Origin: Clostridiales bacterium
GTDB taxonomy: Bacteria; Acidobacteriota; Aminicenantia; Aminicenantales; UBA8522
Assembly (NCBI GenBank): GCA_029907205.1
Contig: JARYMI010000017.1
Location: 21 to 64,020 of the forward strand
Direction of reading: 5' to 3'
DNA: 64,000 nucleotides
Shown piece by piece: positions 28,188-42,417 of this stretch; the first letter of the stretch is position 1; every line of letters begins with the position of its first letter. The notes beneath the pieces were generated by a model. It did no database searches, was not told the origin of the DNA, and worked only from the letters and a program-made list of their open reading frames with translations. The position numbers and the translations under genes are program-made.

Positions 28188-29983
28188 ACCCCGATGTTAT
28201 TCCTGTCTTCCTCGTAGAGGGAGTTGATTAAACCCTCGTATTTTTTCTCGATGATATTCCTTCTAACCTTGAGCGTCGGCGTGATTTCTTCTTTTTCTAT
28301 CTCAAAATCGCGGTCAAGGAGGGCAATCTTCTTGATCTTTTCGAACGAGGCCAGGTCGGGTGTGGCCCGGTCGATTTCCGCCTGGATGAAGTTCCTGATT
28401 TTTTCATTCCTGACGAGCGCCGCACGATCCGCAAAGGGGATGCCGTTAAACCGGGCATACCCTTCGAGTTTCTCAAAATTCGGCACGACAAGAGCCGAGA
28501 CAAACCGCCGTCTGTCCCCGATGACGACTACGTTGGAGATATAAGGGTTCGTCTTCAAGACATTCTCGATGGGTTGAGGCGCGATGTTCTTGCCACCCGC
28601 CGTGACGATGATGTCCTTCTTGCGGTCGGTGATAAAGAGGAAGCCTTCCTCGTCGAAACGACCGATATCGCCCGTGTGGAACCAGCCTCCTTCAAATGCC
28701 TCTCTGGTTTCAGCTTCCTTTTTATAATACCCCTTCATGATATTCGGCCCTCTGGCCAAGATCTCACCGTCCGGGGCAATCTTGACCTCCACGTCAGGGA
28801 TGGGCTTGCCGACAGAGCCAAACTTCAGGTCTTCGAAGGTGTTGACGGAGATGACAGGAGATGTTTCTGTCAGCCCGTAGCCTTCGAGGATCATCAAGCC
28901 CAGAGCGTAAAAGAATTCCGCAATATCCCTAGACAGGGGAGCTCCTCCGGAGACAAAGAAACGGACATTGCCACCCGTCTTCTCGATGATCTTGGAGAAG
29001 ACAAGTTTGTGGGCCAGGTTCCTTTTTCTCTGGAGCCCCCGTGGAATCGTCTCTTTGTTGAGCTTCCTGCGGCCGTAATCCTTTCCCACCTTTAAAGCCC
29101 AGAAAAAGATTCTTTTCTTCAGGGCGGAGCTGGAAAGGACATTGTCCATGACCCGTGCGTAGATCTTTTCGAAAACACGGGGGACACTGACCATGATGTT
29201 GGGCCGGATTTCGAGCAGGTTCTCAGCCACTGTCTCCAGGCTTTCCGCATAGCCGATCCTGCAGCCTTTGTACATGTACGTGAAAGTGACCATCCGCTCC
29301 AAGACATGGGACAGGGGGAGGAAAGAAAGGACAGTGTCCTTGTCGGAAAATTCGATAATCTTAGAAACCGCCTGGACGTTGCTGAGGAAATTGCTGTGGG
29401 TGAGAATGACTCCCTTGGGCACGCCCGTCGTCCCTGAGGTGTAGATGAGCGAGGCCTCGTCGTCGGGTCTGACTTGAAGAGCGAGCTTCTCGAACAGACC
29501 GGGACTCTGGGAGTTGACTTTCTGGCCCAGCTCCTGAATGTGATTGAAGGTCAGGACTCCATCAGGCCCTTCTTCCATAAAAGTGATGTAATGCCGGACC
29601 TTGCCGAGCGCCGGCCGGATGGATTCGATTTTCTTCCATTGCTCCTGGTTGCTGACGATGACCGCCTTGGCATCGGAATCATCAATGATGTATTTGATTT
29701 GTTCGGGAACAAGTGATGTGTAGATGGGAACCGTGATCGCTCCCAGGCACAGGTTGGTGAGGTCTGCCATCACCCATTCGGGCCTGTTCTCCGAGAGAAT
29801 GATGACCTTGTCTCCCTTCGTCAACCCCAGTTCTCGCAGCCCCAGACAAAAATATCGGACCCGCCGGCCGAATTCTTCCGTCGAGATGGGGACATAGCGG
29901 CCCTCTTTCTTGTAGAGCATAAAATCCGGCTTGGGGTAATTCTTGACGGTGTCGAGCAAAACCTGGGCGAGTGTCTCAGACAT
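28184..29983 (-). CDS. Long-chain-fatty-acid--CoA ligase
   Basis: YTSGTTGVPKG, FLPLSHVLER, EGYGLTE, FHTGDIG, DRKKD, TPTLKV.R. Confidence 0.93.
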   Translation of the reverse strand: MSETLAQVLLDTVKNYPKPDFMLYKKEGRYVPISTEEFGRRVRYFCLGLRELGLTKGDKVIILSENRPEWVMADLTNLCLGAITVPIYTSLVPEQIKYIIDDSDAKAVIVSNQEQWKKIESIRPALGKVRHYITFMEEGPDGVLTFNHIQELGQKVNSQSPGLFEKLALQVRPDDEASLIYTSGTTGVPKGVILTHSNFLSNVQAVSKIIEFSDKDTVLSFLPLSHVLERMVTFTYMYKGCRIGYAESLETVAENLLEIRPNIMVSVPRVFEKIYARVMDNVLSSSALKKRIFFWALKVGKDYGRRKLNKETIPRGLQRKRNLAHKLVFSKIIEKTGGNVRFFVSGGAPLSRDIAEFFYALGLMILEGYGLTETSPVISVNTFEDLKFGSVGKPIPDVEVKIAPDGEILARGPNIMKGYYKKEAETREAFEGGWFHTGDIGRFDEEGFLFITDRKKDIIVTAGGKNIAPQPIENVLKTNPYISNVVVIGDRRRFVSALVVPNFEKLEGYARFNGIPFADRAALVRNEKIRNFIQAEIDRATPDLASFEKIKKIALLDRDFEIEKEEITPTLKVRRNIIEKKYEGLINSLYEEDRNNIGV

Positions 29984-30066
29984 TTTTCCCTCCTCTTTTC
30001 AAAGTGCGTACATTTTAGAATCGAGGAGATGCGCTGTCAAGCAGAAATTCTGGCCGATCCTTCTGG

Positions 30067-32544
<2,478 letters not shown>

Positions 32545-32575
32545 ATCGCATCATTCCTTGTTTGGGGAGGACCCG

Positions 32576-34990
<2,415 letters not shown>

Positions 34991-35041
34991 TTATGTGGGG
35001 AAGCCAAGCACATAACCTGAACGGCATAAAACTGAGTTATA

Positions 35042-35071
35042 ATTATACCTGAAATATTGTAGTGGAGTAAA
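35042..35071 (-). promoter_or_regulatory. Sigma-70 promoter of gyrB-gyrA
   Basis: Minus strand TTTACT-18-TATAAT, preceded by an AT-rich tract. Confidence 0.5.
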
Positions 35072-35186
35072 GCAAAAAACACATGATTTTGCGCTTTTGT
35101 TCATTTTTCGTCACTTCCAAAAAAACCACCAAAACCAGGTGTTTTAAGCCCTCGGGGACGGTCCTCGGAGAGGACCGTTACTCTCT

Positions 35187-35215
35187 TTGAATAGACGCTC
35201 GAGTTCGATTATAAT
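35187..35215 (+). promoter_or_regulatory. Sigma-70 promoter of the DRG-like GTPase
   Basis: TTGAAT-17-TATAAT. Confidence 0.6.
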
Positions 35216-35235
35216 TCGCAGTAGTGAAGCTTGAA

Positions 35236-36225
35236 ATGCCAGCTAATTTGACTCCCCAGTACATCGAAGCCGAGAGGAAATTCCGGGCAGCCAAGACTGC
35301 GCAGGAAAAAATTAAATGCCTCGAGGAAATGATAGCCACGATCCCCAAGCACAAGGGGACAGAAAAGATGCAAGCCATGCTCAAAACCAAGATGGCCAAG
35401 CTCAGGGCAGCGCTCGAGTCCCGGCCGGGAGCCACCCGCCACGGCCCGGGCTTCCACGTGGAGAAGTCCGGCGCCGGCCAGGTCATCGTCATCGGACCGC
35501 CGAACAGCGGCAAATCCTGCCTCATCGCAGCTCTCACGGGCGCCCAGCCCGAAGTCGCGGACTATCCGTACACAACCCGATTTCCCGCTCCTTACATGAT
35601 GAAGCACGAAAACGTCAGGGTTCAGCTCGTGGACACGCCTCCGCTTTCGCCCGATGACATCAACGCCGAGCTTGTTGAGTTAGCCAAAACAGCCGATTGC
35701 ATCATGTTAGTCCTCGACCTGGCCAACAGGGACGCTGCTTCTGCCCTGGAGGCGCTTCTCTCTGGGCTCCAAGGAAAGCGGCTGGAGCTGGCGCCAGAAA
35801 ACGCTTCCCCTTTTCAGGAGCCCGGCAGGTTCGTTAAAAAGACGCTCGTTGTGGGAAACAAAAGCGATCTCCCGGCAGCTGAGGAAAACGCCGCTTTCCT
35901 CCGGGAATATTTTGCAGATAAAATTTCGTTCGTTGTTGCATCGGCCGTCCGGGGTGACGGCGTGGACGCGCTGCGCACAAGAGTTTTTCTTCTTCTTGAC
36001 GTCATCCGCGTGTACAGCAAGATCCCGGGAAAGAAGGCGGATTTAAGCGACCCTTTCGTTTTGAAGAAAGCCAGCACCGTGATGGAAATGGCGCGGACCG
36101 TGCACAAGGATTTCGTCGAAAAATTCAGGTATGCCCGGGTCTGGCGGAAGGGCGCGCTCCAGGGTCAGATGGTTAACCGCGACTTTGTCCTCGAGGACGA
36201 GGACATCGTCGAGCTCCACATATAG
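35236..36225 (+). CDS. OBG-family DRG-like GTPase with C-terminal TGS domain
   Basis: MPANLTPQY start, PKHKGTEK, GPPNSGKS, YPYTT, DTPP, NKSD, IRVYSK.PG...VH.D...L.DEDIVELH. Confidence 0.88.
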   Translation: MPANLTPQYIEAERKFRAAKTAQEKIKCLEEMIATIPKHKGTEKMQAMLKTKMAKLRAALESRPGATRHGPGFHVEKSGAGQVIVIGPPNSGKSCLIAALTGAQPEVADYPYTTRFPAPYMMKHENVRVQLVDTPPLSPDDINAELVELAKTADCIMLVLDLANRDAASALEALLSGLQGKRLELAPENASPFQEPGRFVKKTLVVGNKSDLPAAEENAAFLREYFADKISFVVASAVRGDGVDALRTRVFLLLDVIRVYSKIPGKKADLSDPFVLKKASTVMEMARTVHKDFVEKFRYARVWRKGALQGQMVNRDFVLEDEDIVELHI

Positions 36226-36433
36226 GCTCGGGTTTAGGGCCGTCAGTCCGACATCGTGAGAATGGGTCCTGTCACGGCGCGTCCCCGTCCGTCCTTGCCG
36301 GAGACGCTCACATATTTCTGGGCCCTCCTTGATTGCTCAAGGAGGGTAGGGTGGATTAATAATTTTAAAATCAATTTCTTTTTAAGCGTCTCCGTCCTCG
36401 CTCATACGGACTTCTCGCCAATCACCCCTCGCC
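36225..36433. repeat. Second, more degenerate copy of the 4724-4902 element
   Basis: GGCTCGGGTTTAGGGCCGTCAG (20/22 to 4724-4745); CCGTCCTCGCTCA (36392-36404, 11/13 to 4817-4829); ACGGACTTC..ACCCCTCGCC versus ACGGGCTTC..ACCCTCGCC. Confidence 0.5.
36323..36346. terminator. Perfect 10-bp hairpin between convergent genes (possible terminator)
   Basis: CCCTCCTTGA-TTGC-TCAAGGAGGG; no directly adjacent U-tract. Confidence 0.4.
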
Positions 36434-36465
36434 CCCATTTAGGAGGCTGGATTGAAGGTTTGCAG

Positions 36466-37605
36466 TTACAAATTGGTTTTGTGGGCCCGTTTCAGGATAG
36501 CAAGATAATCGTCAGCTGAGACGGGGCGGGGGTTTGATGCGTTGGAGTTATTTTCAAAGGACTTTTGGGCGATCGCGACGAAATCGCCCTCCGGGATTCT
36601 TAGGTCCCGAAAGGAGGAGATGGAAAGCGAGTGAGACAGGGCCTTTATTTTCCGGATGAGAGCGCCGGCGCCTTCGTCTTGATTGGCCGCCCCGAAGCCG
36701 ACGGCGGCGGCGATGACCGCGTACTTTTCTCTTGCCGCGGGATAGTTGAACTCCATGACATACGGAAGGAAAACGGCGTTGGCCACCCCGTGCGGCGTGT
36801 CATAAAGCGAGCCGATCGCTTCTGCCAGGCAATGGACGGCGCCGACATCGCTGTTGCCAAAGGCCATCCCGGCGAGGAGGCTTCCCAACATCAGGCCTTC
36901 TCTTGCCTCCGCGTCATTCCTGATGTCTTTATAAGCCGCCGGCAAATAGCGGAATATCAAACGCGAGGCTTCAAGGGCCAGCGCATCAGTAATCGGGCTC
37001 GCGGGTTTTGACGTGTAGGCTTCCACGGCATGGGTCAGAGCATCCAATCCTGTCGAAGCAACCAGATGAGACGGTAACGTCACGAGCAAATCCGGGTCGA
37101 CGAGGGCCACGGCCGGAAACATAAGGGGGCCCTTGACGCTCATCTTGAACCTCCGGCCGGTGTGAGTGATGACCGAAACCCAGGTGACTTCGCTTCCCGT
37201 GCCGCAGGTCGTCGGAATGGCGAGCACTGGCAACGGAGCTGTTTCATATTTTTCGCGGCCTTCATAATCTTCGATCAGACCAGGATTTGTCGCCAGCAAG
37301 GCCATCGCTTTGGCTGCATCAAGGACGCTTCCGCCTCCGAGCCCGATGACGAGGTCGGGCTGGAGTGCCCGGACGAGCTCGCCTCCCCGATCAACCGTCG
37401 CATGCCTGGGGTTTGGCTCTATCTCATCAAAAACCGGAACCCCGGCCAGCGGCTCTTTGACTCTGTTCAAGATCCCGGCCGCTGCGATTCCCTTATCGGT
37501 AACCAAGAACGGCCGGCTGGCCTTTAGTTTTTCTTTGATGATGCCGGTGAGCCTGGCGATAGTTCCCGAGCCGAAGACAATCTGGGTCGGCATGTGGTAG
37601 TTCAT
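36466..37605 (-). CDS. Iron-containing alcohol dehydrogenase
   Basis: GGGSVLDAAK, IPTTCGTGSEVT, DALTHAVE, GAVH...PHG.AN. Confidence 0.92.
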   Translation of the reverse strand: MNYHMPTQIVFGSGTIARLTGIIKEKLKASRPFLVTDKGIAAAGILNRVKEPLAGVPVFDEIEPNPRHATVDRGGELVRALQPDLVIGLGGGSVLDAAKAMALLATNPGLIEDYEGREKYETAPLPVLAIPTTCGTGSEVTWVSVITHTGRRFKMSVKGPLMFPAVALVDPDLLVTLPSHLVASTGLDALTHAVEAYTSKPASPITDALALEASRLIFRYLPAAYKDIRNDAEAREGLMLGSLLAGMAFGNSDVGAVHCLAEAIGSLYDTPHGVANAVFLPYVMEFNYPAAREKYAVIAAAVGFGAANQDEGAGALIRKIKALSHSLSISSFRDLRIPEGDFVAIAQKSFENNSNASNPRPVSADDYLAILKRAHKTNL

Positions 37606-37635
37606 CTCAATTCTCCCTCTTCAAGCAACACTCAA

Positions 37636-39156
37636 TCACTTCCGAAAGTCTAGGACTGGCTCGTCGCTCATGTCGAGAACGGCCACAAACAATAGCTGGG
37701 CGAGGTCTTCCAGGATCTCAGGCGTGATGGTCTCAATCGTGTCCTTGGTGTTGTGATAAAAAGACGGAGCGCCCGAGACGCTGAAAGAAAGACTGGGGAC
37801 ATTTTTCCAGAGGAAGCGAGCAGCGTCGAGTCGCGGCCGGGCGATATTGGCAAAAAATGAAGGGTCAACTACACGGTGAACGTATTGGGCGTTTGCCTTC
37901 TCGATAAACGCCCAGAGCTCAGGAAAGTTATTTCCGGCTAGGACGTTGATTTTGTCGCCGCATCCGACTCCGTCGAGGTTGAGAAGCGCTGTTGTTTTCT
38001 CCAGTGGAAAAGCTGGGTTGTTGAGATAAAACTCGGAGCCGGCCACTGCTTGTTCTTCAGCACCGAAAAAGAGAAAAACGACCGAGCGTGGAGGTTTGAC
38101 CGGGCATTGGGCCAGGGCTTCGGCCACTCCGAGCAGCACGGCCACAGCGGAGGCGTTGTCGTTCGCGCCAGGCATGAGCTCGTAGCAACGCCCGAGGTGG
38201 TCGAGGTGGCCTCCGAGGATGATGACTTCTTCCTTGAGTCTAGGGTCCGAACCTTCAAGATAGCCGATGACGTTGTAACCGATTCCCTCAGGATAGTGCT
38301 CGGTCTCATTTTTCAGAGTGAATGTCTTTCCCGTAATAAACGATTGCGGCTTAAGTTTTTTCCTAATCTTCTCCAGTGTTTCTTTGTGTGTCCGGCCTGT
38401 TCCAGCAAAGATATCAGAGACGACAACATCGCCCACGTGGCTGTAAATAAACCCCTGCCGGTATGAATTATTGGGGTTGCATATAGGCCCGTAGTTGTAA
38501 AGCATCCCAGCAGCACCGTGGCCGACGGCGTTTTCAAGCTTGTATTGATGAAACGAATACGGCCGCCACTTTTTGAAAAGCTCGGGGTTGTCATCCGGAG
38601 AAACCGGGACTTCCCGTTCCATCAGGACGATTTTTCCCTTGACATCAAGCCCTGCATAATCATCATAGCCGAGCTCGGGAGCCGTGATCCCGTAGCCGAC
38701 ATAGACGACGCCGGCTGTGACCTCGCCCGAGCCTGATGTAGCGCCGGGAATGAATTCCTCATCAAAGCGGTAATGCTTTTTCACGACGGCGCCGTTCACA
38801 GGCAGGTGGAGATAGGCCTCGCAACCTGGAAAAACAAGGGTATAGGGGTTTGGAAAAGCTTGAAGATAGCTGCCTTGGTCCCCAGCCGGCCGAAGCCCCC
38901 ATTTCTGAAGGAGCTCAGCCACCCATCGGGCGCTGGCGTTGTACCCTTCTGTCCCGGTCAGCCTGCCGCCGTACTTCTCAGAAACAAGCTCCCTGACATA
39001 ATCCAGGAGTTTGTGGCTTGAAATGGAATGAAGGCTGGCGAGAATCTTCTCATCGCTCGCCTTCTCAAGCTCCTGGGGCTGGGCGAGGCGGGATAAAACG
39101 CCAAGCCAGAGGAAAAGGAAAAGCATGGGAAGTGCCACGATCCGCCCTTTTTTCAT
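37636..39156 (-). CDS. M28-family metallopeptidase with PA domain, secreted
   Basis: Signal peptide, GRLTGT.G, VYVGYGI...DDY.GLDVKGKIVL, GHLDH, GANDNAS, GAEE, NLD, YH...DT. Confidence 0.9.
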   Translation of the reverse strand: MKKGRIVALPMLFLFLWLGVLSRLAQPQELEKASDEKILASLHSISSHKLLDYVRELVSEKYGGRLTGTEGYNASARWVAELLQKWGLRPAGDQGSYLQAFPNPYTLVFPGCEAYLHLPVNGAVVKKHYRFDEEFIPGATSGSGEVTAGVVYVGYGITAPELGYDDYAGLDVKGKIVLMEREVPVSPDDNPELFKKWRPYSFHQYKLENAVGHGAAGMLYNYGPICNPNNSYRQGFIYSHVGDVVVSDIFAGTGRTHKETLEKIRKKLKPQSFITGKTFTLKNETEHYPEGIGYNVIGYLEGSDPRLKEEVIILGGHLDHLGRCYELMPGANDNASAVAVLLGVAEALAQCPVKPPRSVVFLFFGAEEQAVAGSEFYLNNPAFPLEKTTALLNLDGVGCGDKINVLAGNNFPELWAFIEKANAQYVHRVVDPSFFANIARPRLDAARFLWKNVPSLSFSVSGAPSFYHNTKDTIETITPEILEDLAQLLFVAVLDMSDEPVLDFRK

Positions 39157-39429
39157 CGTCTCCTCCTTCCGTTTGGCAACTCTCGACTCATCAGTTTATT
39201 CAGAAAACGCGGAAAAAAACAAGGCGAAATTCCTGCATCTCTTCTCAATTCTCTGATAAAGAGCGAAAGCCGCCAAGTGCCTCCCTTACGGTCCGCCGGG
39301 GCAAACCGCAACAGGGCCCGTCGGGGAATTCTGTCAATTCGGGCTAATCTGAGGGCGGACGACTTCCTTCTTGTTCATGCCCTCGCTGTTCATAGCCGAC
39401 CTGGGCAGGAAGTGCTGTTCTTGAAATAA

Positions 39430-40272
39430 TTACAGGCGGACCGAGACGCCGCCCCGGAGCAAGAATCCGTTCCATATTCCTGCGTCGAGCAGGAGATGAA
39501 TGTTCTGGGAAAACTTGGCTTTCAGGCCCAGGCTCAATTGGATAAAGGGTATAAACCCGGGCAGGAAAAAGTCTTCACCCTCTTCCTCAAGTTCCACTTT
39601 CAACTCTTTTAGAGTTTTACCTATGGAATCCTTGTAATGTTCTGGCAATCGACCGGGAAGGATGAGGTCGCCGGAGTAAGAATAGGTCACCCGAGCCTCT
39701 TCGAGCGCTGTCCCGGTCGCCGCTCCCAGCCCAAAAGTGATATACGGATGGACAATCGACGAAGGAATGATATCCCAACGGAGGCTCACGTGGAACGACA
39801 GGGGTTTGATCAGGAATTCCCCGGCCGAAGACGCGGCAAAATGCCCCTTCTCTCCAGAGATGGCATCGCGGAGGCTCAGCGAAGCGCTTATCTCGGGCAC
39901 AGCGACTTTCATGCTCGTCTTCTCGACCGACAGCCCCAGGCTGAAGGAGCCGTTAGACCCCCCGGGATACCACCTGATTTCAAACCCGAAGTTATCCCCG
40001 CTCGAGTCAAAGGCAACCTTCTGGTCATAAGCCACCTCTTCAAGGTTGGGGTAGTCCGCCTGGATATCCTCAAGGATGCTTCCCTTTAAGTCTGTCTTTA
40101 AGGCATTGCTGATGCCTTCCTCGATGAACGACCGCAAGAGGTTGATGCTCCATCTCGAGTAGTGGAACCCGAACTCAAAATGCCCTTGAGCACCTGCGGG
40201 GGGAGCCTGCGCTGCCAAAACAAAACAGAAGATGATGACAAACAATACGGGAGATTTTCTTTTCATCTTCAT
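39430..40272 (-). CDS. Secreted hypothetical protein, probable outer-membrane beta-barrel
   Basis: Signal peptide; alternating aromatic/hydrophobic strands (FGFEIRWYP, HPYITFGLG, LRGGVSVRL). Confidence 0.6.
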   Translation of the reverse strand: MKMKRKSPVLFVIIFCFVLAAQAPPAGAQGHFEFGFHYSRWSINLLRSFIEEGISNALKTDLKGSILEDIQADYPNLEEVAYDQKVAFDSSGDNFGFEIRWYPGGSNGSFSLGLSVEKTSMKVAVPEISASLSLRDAISGEKGHFAASSAGEFLIKPLSFHVSLRWDIIPSSIVHPYITFGLGAATGTALEEARVTYSYSGDLILPGRLPEHYKDSIGKTLKELKVELEEEGEDFFLPGFIPFIQLSLGLKAKFSQNIHLLLDAGIWNGFLLRGGVSVRL

Positions 40273-40426
40273 ACCCCAGACAAAATTCTTCGGGATAATC
40301 TATCAGAGATCGCTGTGGAATCCAATACTATTAGTCGGGGCAAGCTAATGATTTTGTGATGATTTTGTTGAATCGAGCCCCGATTTCTGATATTTTTTGT
40401 TTTTTTAAACTCACGCGGAGGTCAAA

Positions 40427-41008
40427 ATGGCAAGAATTTTCTTTATTCTACTGCTAACAGGGCTGTTCTTGGTGTTTGCCGGCACGCAAACAGCTTCGGC
40501 GGCCAACCCGAAAGTCCTGATGAAAACCAGCAAGGGCGACATTACCATCGAGCTCAACGAGGACAAAGCTCCCGTCACTGTCCGGAATTTCCTTTCCTAT
40601 GTGGATGAAAAATTCTATGATGGAACCATCTTCCACCGTGTCATCAAAGGGTTTATGATCCAGGGCGGCGGCCTTACGGCCGACTTTAAGGAAAAGCCTT
40701 CCAAGCCGCCGATCCAGAACGAGGCAGCCAACGGCCTTAAGAACGAAAGAGGGACAATCGCCATGGCGAGAACCCCCGAGATCAACAGCGCCACGTGCCA
40801 GTTTTTCATCAACCATGTCGATAACGCTTTCCTCAACCACCGGGATAACACAGCTCAAGGGTTCGGGTATGCGGTTTTCGGCAGGGTTACCTCCGGGATG
40901 GAAGTCGTTGACACAATCGCCAATGTGCGCACGGGGACGATCAAAGGGTACGCCGACGCTCCCCAGGAGACGATCACGATTATTTCGGTCCAGCGAATAA
41001 AAAATTGA
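40427..41008 (+). CDS. ppiA: Periplasmic cyclophilin-type peptidyl-prolyl isomerase
   Basis: AP.TV.NF, FYDGTIFHRVI.GFMIQGGG, GTIAMART, QFFIN, YAVFG.V; signal peptide. Confidence 0.9.
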   Translation: MARIFFILLLTGLFLVFAGTQTASAANPKVLMKTSKGDITIELNEDKAPVTVRNFLSYVDEKFYDGTIFHRVIKGFMIQGGGLTADFKEKPSKPPIQNEAANGLKNERGTIAMARTPEINSATCQFFINHVDNAFLNHRDNTAQGFGYAVFGRVTSGMEVVDTIANVRTGTIKGYADAPQETITIISVQRIKN

Positions 41009-41114
41009 AAAATTGAATGAGTAATCTCAACAGGATGGAAGAGTCATTCCATCCTCTGGCCGCTGTCCTGGAAATCAGCCCCGGAAAGGGGTTTAAAAGC
41101 GCTGCTATGAGACA

Positions 41115-42401
41115 ATGAAGGCGGCTAACGTTCAGATCAAAATTCGTAGAAAAAAGAAAAAAAGGCTTTTTCTTCTGGCCTTCTGCCTGCTGGCCCTGGC
41201 TGTATTGATATTTTTCCCGGTCGAGCTTGTCCTAAAGAAAAAAGGAGAGCCCGAGGGAGTCGAGGTAGCTCCAGCCATCAAGGCTGACGTGCCCCATCTT
41301 GTTGAGTACAAAGAACATCTCCGCGCCGGAAACACGATCAGCGAGGTGATTTCCAACTACGGATTCACACCAGGGGAGATTCACACCCTGTATGAACAGA
41401 CAAAGCCTGTCTACGACCTGCGTTTCATCAGGGCCGGCAGGGAATTCCGGCTCTTTGCGTCGCCAGAGGGCAAAATTGTCCGGCTTGAGTATGATATCGA
41501 CGACACGCGCTATCTTTCTATTCAAAGGAGCGGGGAAAAATTCTCGGCGGCGGTGGCAACTCATCCTGTCCAGACAGAAGTGAACTATCTCTGCGGCGTC
41601 ATCGAGGACAATCCCATCTTGACGTTCAACGAACTGGGCGAGGCCGACGCTCTGGGTTTGGCGTTTTCCGACCTTTTTGCCTGGGATATCGATTTCTACG
41701 TGGACCTTCGCCAGGGCGACACCTTCAAAGTCATCTTGGAGAAGATATATCTCAAGGGGAAATTCGTGGGCTACGGAAATATTGTAGCTGCTGAGCTCGT
41801 CAATCGGGGAAAGGTATTCCAGGCATACCGTTTTGTTCGGCCGGACACGCAGAAACCTGGCTATTACGACGCGGAAGGCAAGTCGCTCAAGAAAGAATTC
41901 ATCAAATCTCCGATCAAATGGGCCCGCATCACCTCACGATTTAGCCAGCGCCGTCTCCATCCCATCCATCAGGTTTACCGAGCTCACTTCGGAGTGGATT
42001 ATGCCGCGCCGGTGGGAACGCCGGTCCAGGCGACGGCCGACGGGACGGTCATCCATGTCGGTTTTAACGGAGCCTCGGGGCGGATGGTCAGAATCCGCCA
42101 CAAGAACGCTTACGAAACTATGTATCTTCATCTAAGGGGCTATGGGCCGGGGATCAAGGTCGGCGCCAGGGTCAAAAGCGGAGACATCGTGGGATATGTC
42201 GGCTCATCGGGAGAAGCTACCGGGCCCCACCTGGATTACCGGATAAAGCTAAAGGGAAGATACATCAACCCGCTGAGTTGGAAATTTGAACCGGTCGAGC
42301 CCCTCAAGGAAGAACTTGTGGATGATTTCAAAAGGCATATCGAACCTTGCCGCGTCCTCTTAGAGAATCCCCTTCTCCTTATTAGCCCGGGCGTGCTCTA
42401 A
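41115..42401 (+). CDS. M23-family peptidoglycan DD-endopeptidase (MepM-like)
   Basis: N-terminal TM anchor, WDIDF..DLR.GD, HFGVDYAAP.GTPV, YLHL, TGPHLDY. Confidence 0.9.
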   Translation: MKAANVQIKIRRKKKKRLFLLAFCLLALAVLIFFPVELVLKKKGEPEGVEVAPAIKADVPHLVEYKEHLRAGNTISEVISNYGFTPGEIHTLYEQTKPVYDLRFIRAGREFRLFASPEGKIVRLEYDIDDTRYLSIQRSGEKFSAAVATHPVQTEVNYLCGVIEDNPILTFNELGEADALGLAFSDLFAWDIDFYVDLRQGDTFKVILEKIYLKGKFVGYGNIVAAELVNRGKVFQAYRFVRPDTQKPGYYDAEGKSLKKEFIKSPIKWARITSRFSQRRLHPIHQVYRAHFGVDYAAPVGTPVQATADGTVIHVGFNGASGRMVRIRHKNAYETMYLHLRGYGPGIKVGARVKSGDIVGYVGSSGEATGPHLDYRIKLKGRYINPLSWKFEPVEPLKEELVDDFKRHIEPCRVLLENPLLLISPGVL

Positions 42402-42417
42402 AAAAGGGCTTCCGGTC

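Noticed and set aside
39297-39345. GGGCAAACC resembling the start of a c-di-GMP-I riboswitch
   Set aside because: The downstream GAAA tetraloop and GACGCAAAGC elements are missing, and it lies on the strand opposite the flanking genes.
41033-41054. GGATGGAA/TTCCATCC hairpin after the cyclophilin gene
   Set aside because: Plausible weak terminator but without a U-tract, so it is not called.
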